This document shows positions 62,106 to 64,000 of a stretch of DNA of 64,000 nucleotides, in pieces. Every line of letters starts with the position of its first letter. Positions within the stretch are counted from its first letter, which is position 1. The stretch is taken from positions 97,759 to 161,758 of the forward strand of contig CAZRGC010000003.1 of assembly GCA_964599625.1 (NCBI GenBank), written 5' to 3'. The stretch is from an uncultured Gammaproteobacteria bacterium (GTDB lineage: Bacteria > Patescibacteriota > Microgenomatia > UBA8517). Made by a program: the position numbers and the translations under genes. The notes beneath the pieces are model-generated. The model made no database searches, was not told the DNA's origin, and was given only the letters and a program-made list of their open reading frames with translations.

Positions 62106-62381
62106 ATGACAAAAGGTGAACTTATGGATCAGGTCGCAAGAAAAGCGCACCTCACAAAAAAAGCCGCAGAAGAGGCAGTAGAAGTTTTTTTGGACGAAAT
62201 TGGAAGAGTTTTGGGTAAGGGAGAAAAAGTAGTTTTGTCAGGCTTCGGAACTTTCAGAGTTATCTCCATGAAAGGTAAAACCGTAAAAATTCCCAAAACC
62301 GATAAACTGGTTACAATAAAATCACATAGATCTCCAAGGTTTACTCCTGGTAAAAAACTCAAAAGACAAGTAAGCAGATAA
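62106..62381 (+). CDS. hup: HU family DNA-binding protein
   Basis: MTKGELMDQVA, LSGFGTFRV, and RFTPGKKLK. Confidence 0.92.
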   Translation: MTKGELMDQVARKAHLTKKAAEEAVEVFLDEIGRVLGKGEKVVLSGFGTFRVISMKGKTVKIPKTDKLVTIKSHRSPRFTPGKKLKRQVSR

Positions 62382-62444
62382 TTTCCTCGTTATATTTCAA
62401 AGTAGTATACTGGGCCCAGGGGCTAGTTAGCTGTAATAACTATT

Positions 62445-63431
62445 ATGGATAGAGCTGTCATTGTAGATCATCTTGTTAAAAACTTCGAAGTACCCGTAAG
62501 GGGTAAGGGTCTGTCTGGTGCTATTTCTTCATTTTTGTCTCCCAAGGTGAAAACCGTAAACGCTGTCCGCGATATAACCTTTACAATTCAACCGGGTGAG
62601 TTGGTGGGTTTTATCGGCCCAAATGGCGCAGGTAAAACAACCACACTCAAAACACTTTCCGGCCTTTTGTACCCAACTAACGGATTTGTACAAGTCCTTG
62701 AGTTCGACCCTTGGGATAGACGGCCGGAGTTTTTGAAACAAATAGCACTTGTTATGGGTCAGAAAAATCAGATGTGGTGGGATTTGCCTGCAATTGAAAC
62801 TTTTGAACTAAATAGAGCAATTTACGAAATTCCTAAAAAGGAGTACGAAGACTCACTTAAAGAACTTGTCGGTATGTTAGAGGTTGGCAAACTTTTGGAT
62901 ACACCAGTTAGAAAATTATCTTTGGGGCAGAGGATGAGGATGGAGTTGATCGCGGCGTTGATTCATAAACCAAAAATTCTTTTTTTGGATGAACCCACCA
63001 TTGGCTTAGATCTTGTTGCTCAACAAAAAGTTCGTGATTTTATATACGAATACAACCGAAAATACAAAGCAACAATATTGCTCACATCTCACAACATGGA
63101 CGACCTTACAGACTTGGCCAGACGGGTGATTGTAATAGATGAAGGGAAAATGTTATTTGATGGGGTTATCGATGAACTTGTATCAAAATTCGCAAAAGAC
63201 AAAATAATCAAAGTTACCTTTAAAGGCGGCGAAGACATTAAAGAATTGGAAAATATTGGCAAAGTCAAAAAGTTAAATTATCCAACAGCGGTTATTAGTG
63301 TTCCCAGGGATACTGTGCCGGTTGCTGCTTCAGAGCTTTTGCAAAACTATCCTGTGGAAGATCTGACAATTGAGGAGGTTCCCATTGAAGACATAATTAG
63401 AAAAGTCTTTAAAGGAGAACTCAAAAAATGA
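62445..63431 (+). CDS. ABC transporter ATP-binding protein
   Basis: Walker A GPNGAGKTT, signature LSLGQRMR, Walker B LFLDEPTIGLD. Confidence 0.93.
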   Translation: MDRAVIVDHLVKNFEVPVRGKGLSGAISSFLSPKVKTVNAVRDITFTIQPGELVGFIGPNGAGKTTTLKTLSGLLYPTNGFVQVLEFDPWDRRPEFLKQIALVMGQKNQMWWDLPAIETFELNRAIYEIPKKEYEDSLKELVGMLEVGKLLDTPVRKLSLGQRMRMELIAALIHKPKILFLDEPTIGLDLVAQQKVRDFIYEYNRKYKATILLTSHNMDDLTDLARRVIVIDEGKMLFDGVIDELVSKFAKDKIIKVTFKGGEDIKELENIGKVKKLNYPTAVISVPRDTVPVAASELLQNYPVEDLTIEEVPIEDIIRKVFKGELKK

Positions 63432-64000
63432 ACACTCTGATTTCTGTCTTCAAGATATCGTTTCAACAAGAATTTATTTACAAAGCAAACTTCATTATGT
63501 GGAGAGTCAGAAATATATTTCAGATAATTGTTAATTTCTTTTTATGGACAACTATTTTTGCCGCAAAAGACAGTCAATTTTTTGGTTATGACAAAACAAT
63601 GATACTAACATATGTTTTTATGCTCATGGTGGTAAGGTCAATAGTTTTGTCCGGTCGTGCAAGCGATGTTTCAACAGATGTATCCGAAGGTAACATTTCG
63701 AACTACCTTCTCAAGCCAATAAGCTATTTTAAATATTGGTTTGTAAGAGACATTGCCGGAAAATCGTTGAATCTTTTTTTTGCTTTTTTGGAATTTGGTG
63801 CTTTGTATATTATTTTGCAGCCGGAAATTTTTATCCAAAGTAATCCCTTGTACTTACTCCTTTTTGCTCTGTCATTGGCTATCGCAATACTTATTTATTT
63901 CAATGTTGTTTTCTTAATTTCTGCAGTTCCTTTTTGGGCTCCTGAACTCGGATGGGCATCACAATTTTTGGTGGCTGTGGTTGTTGTTGAGTTTTTGTCC
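63428..64000 (+). CDS. ABC-2 type transporter permease (3' end outside window)
   Basis: ATGA overlap with the ATPase gene. The frame stays open to the window end and gives a hydrophobic polytopic translation (MNTLISVFKISFQQEFIYKANFIMWRV...). This ORF is not in the track because no stop codon is reached. Confidence 0.75.
   Translation, partial: MNTLISVFKISFQQEFIYKANFIMWRVRNIFQIIVNFFLWTTIFAAKDSQFFGYDKTMILTYVFMLMVVRSIVLSGRASDVSTDVSEGNISNYLLKPISYFKYWFVRDIAGKSLNLFFAFLEFGALYIILQPEIFIQSNPLYLLLFALSLAIAILIYFNVVFLISAVPFWAPELGWASQFLVAVVVVEFLS

Overview
This window is a core information-processing locus from a small, roughly 40-45% G+C bacterial genome. The gene content and style suggest Patescibacteria/CPR: there is no rpmD between rpsE and rplO, AlaRS and RNase Y are short, a sortase is present, and most genes lack Shine-Dalgarno sequences. 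This taxonomic call is an inference. Nearly everything is on the + strand. The order is infB (3' end), rpsO-pnp, a Lon-like ATPase, RNase J, ftsK, a rodZ-like gene, alaS, sortase, ruvX, mltG, rpoB-rpoC, the str/S10/spc/alpha ribosomal super-operon, rplM-rpsI, tRNA-Pro, recA-recX, rny, hup and an ABC transporter. The super-operon is interrupted at four normally contiguous junctions. (1) One G+C-rich orphan gene lies between rpsG and fusA. (2) A DUF1189-like membrane protein lies between fusA and tuf. (3) A 3.2-kb island of four orphan genes lies between rpsJ and rplC. (4) Six accessory genes lie between rplO and secY: TIR-like, cupin, Nudix, APH-type kinase, membrane protein and GNAT. The rpsJ|rplC island is the strongest candidate for something new. 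Each of its four genes is a self-contained cassette with its own promoter, a strong SD (weaker for ORF A) and an intrinsic terminator. The cassettes are joined by three near-identical ~65-bp terminator-promoter junctions. The island has higher G+C and CGN arginine codons where the host uses AGA. I recognise no family for its proteins. Other points worth a look are a perfect 54-nt tandem duplication encoding an RGG tail on PNPase, a protease-less Lon module, three tandem copies of the tRNA-Pro 5' end (one embedded in a well-nested structured element), a Cys4 L24, and recurrent promoter-proximal hairpins in leaders of translation and transcription genes. All function calls come from motifs read by eye. 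No database search was possible.
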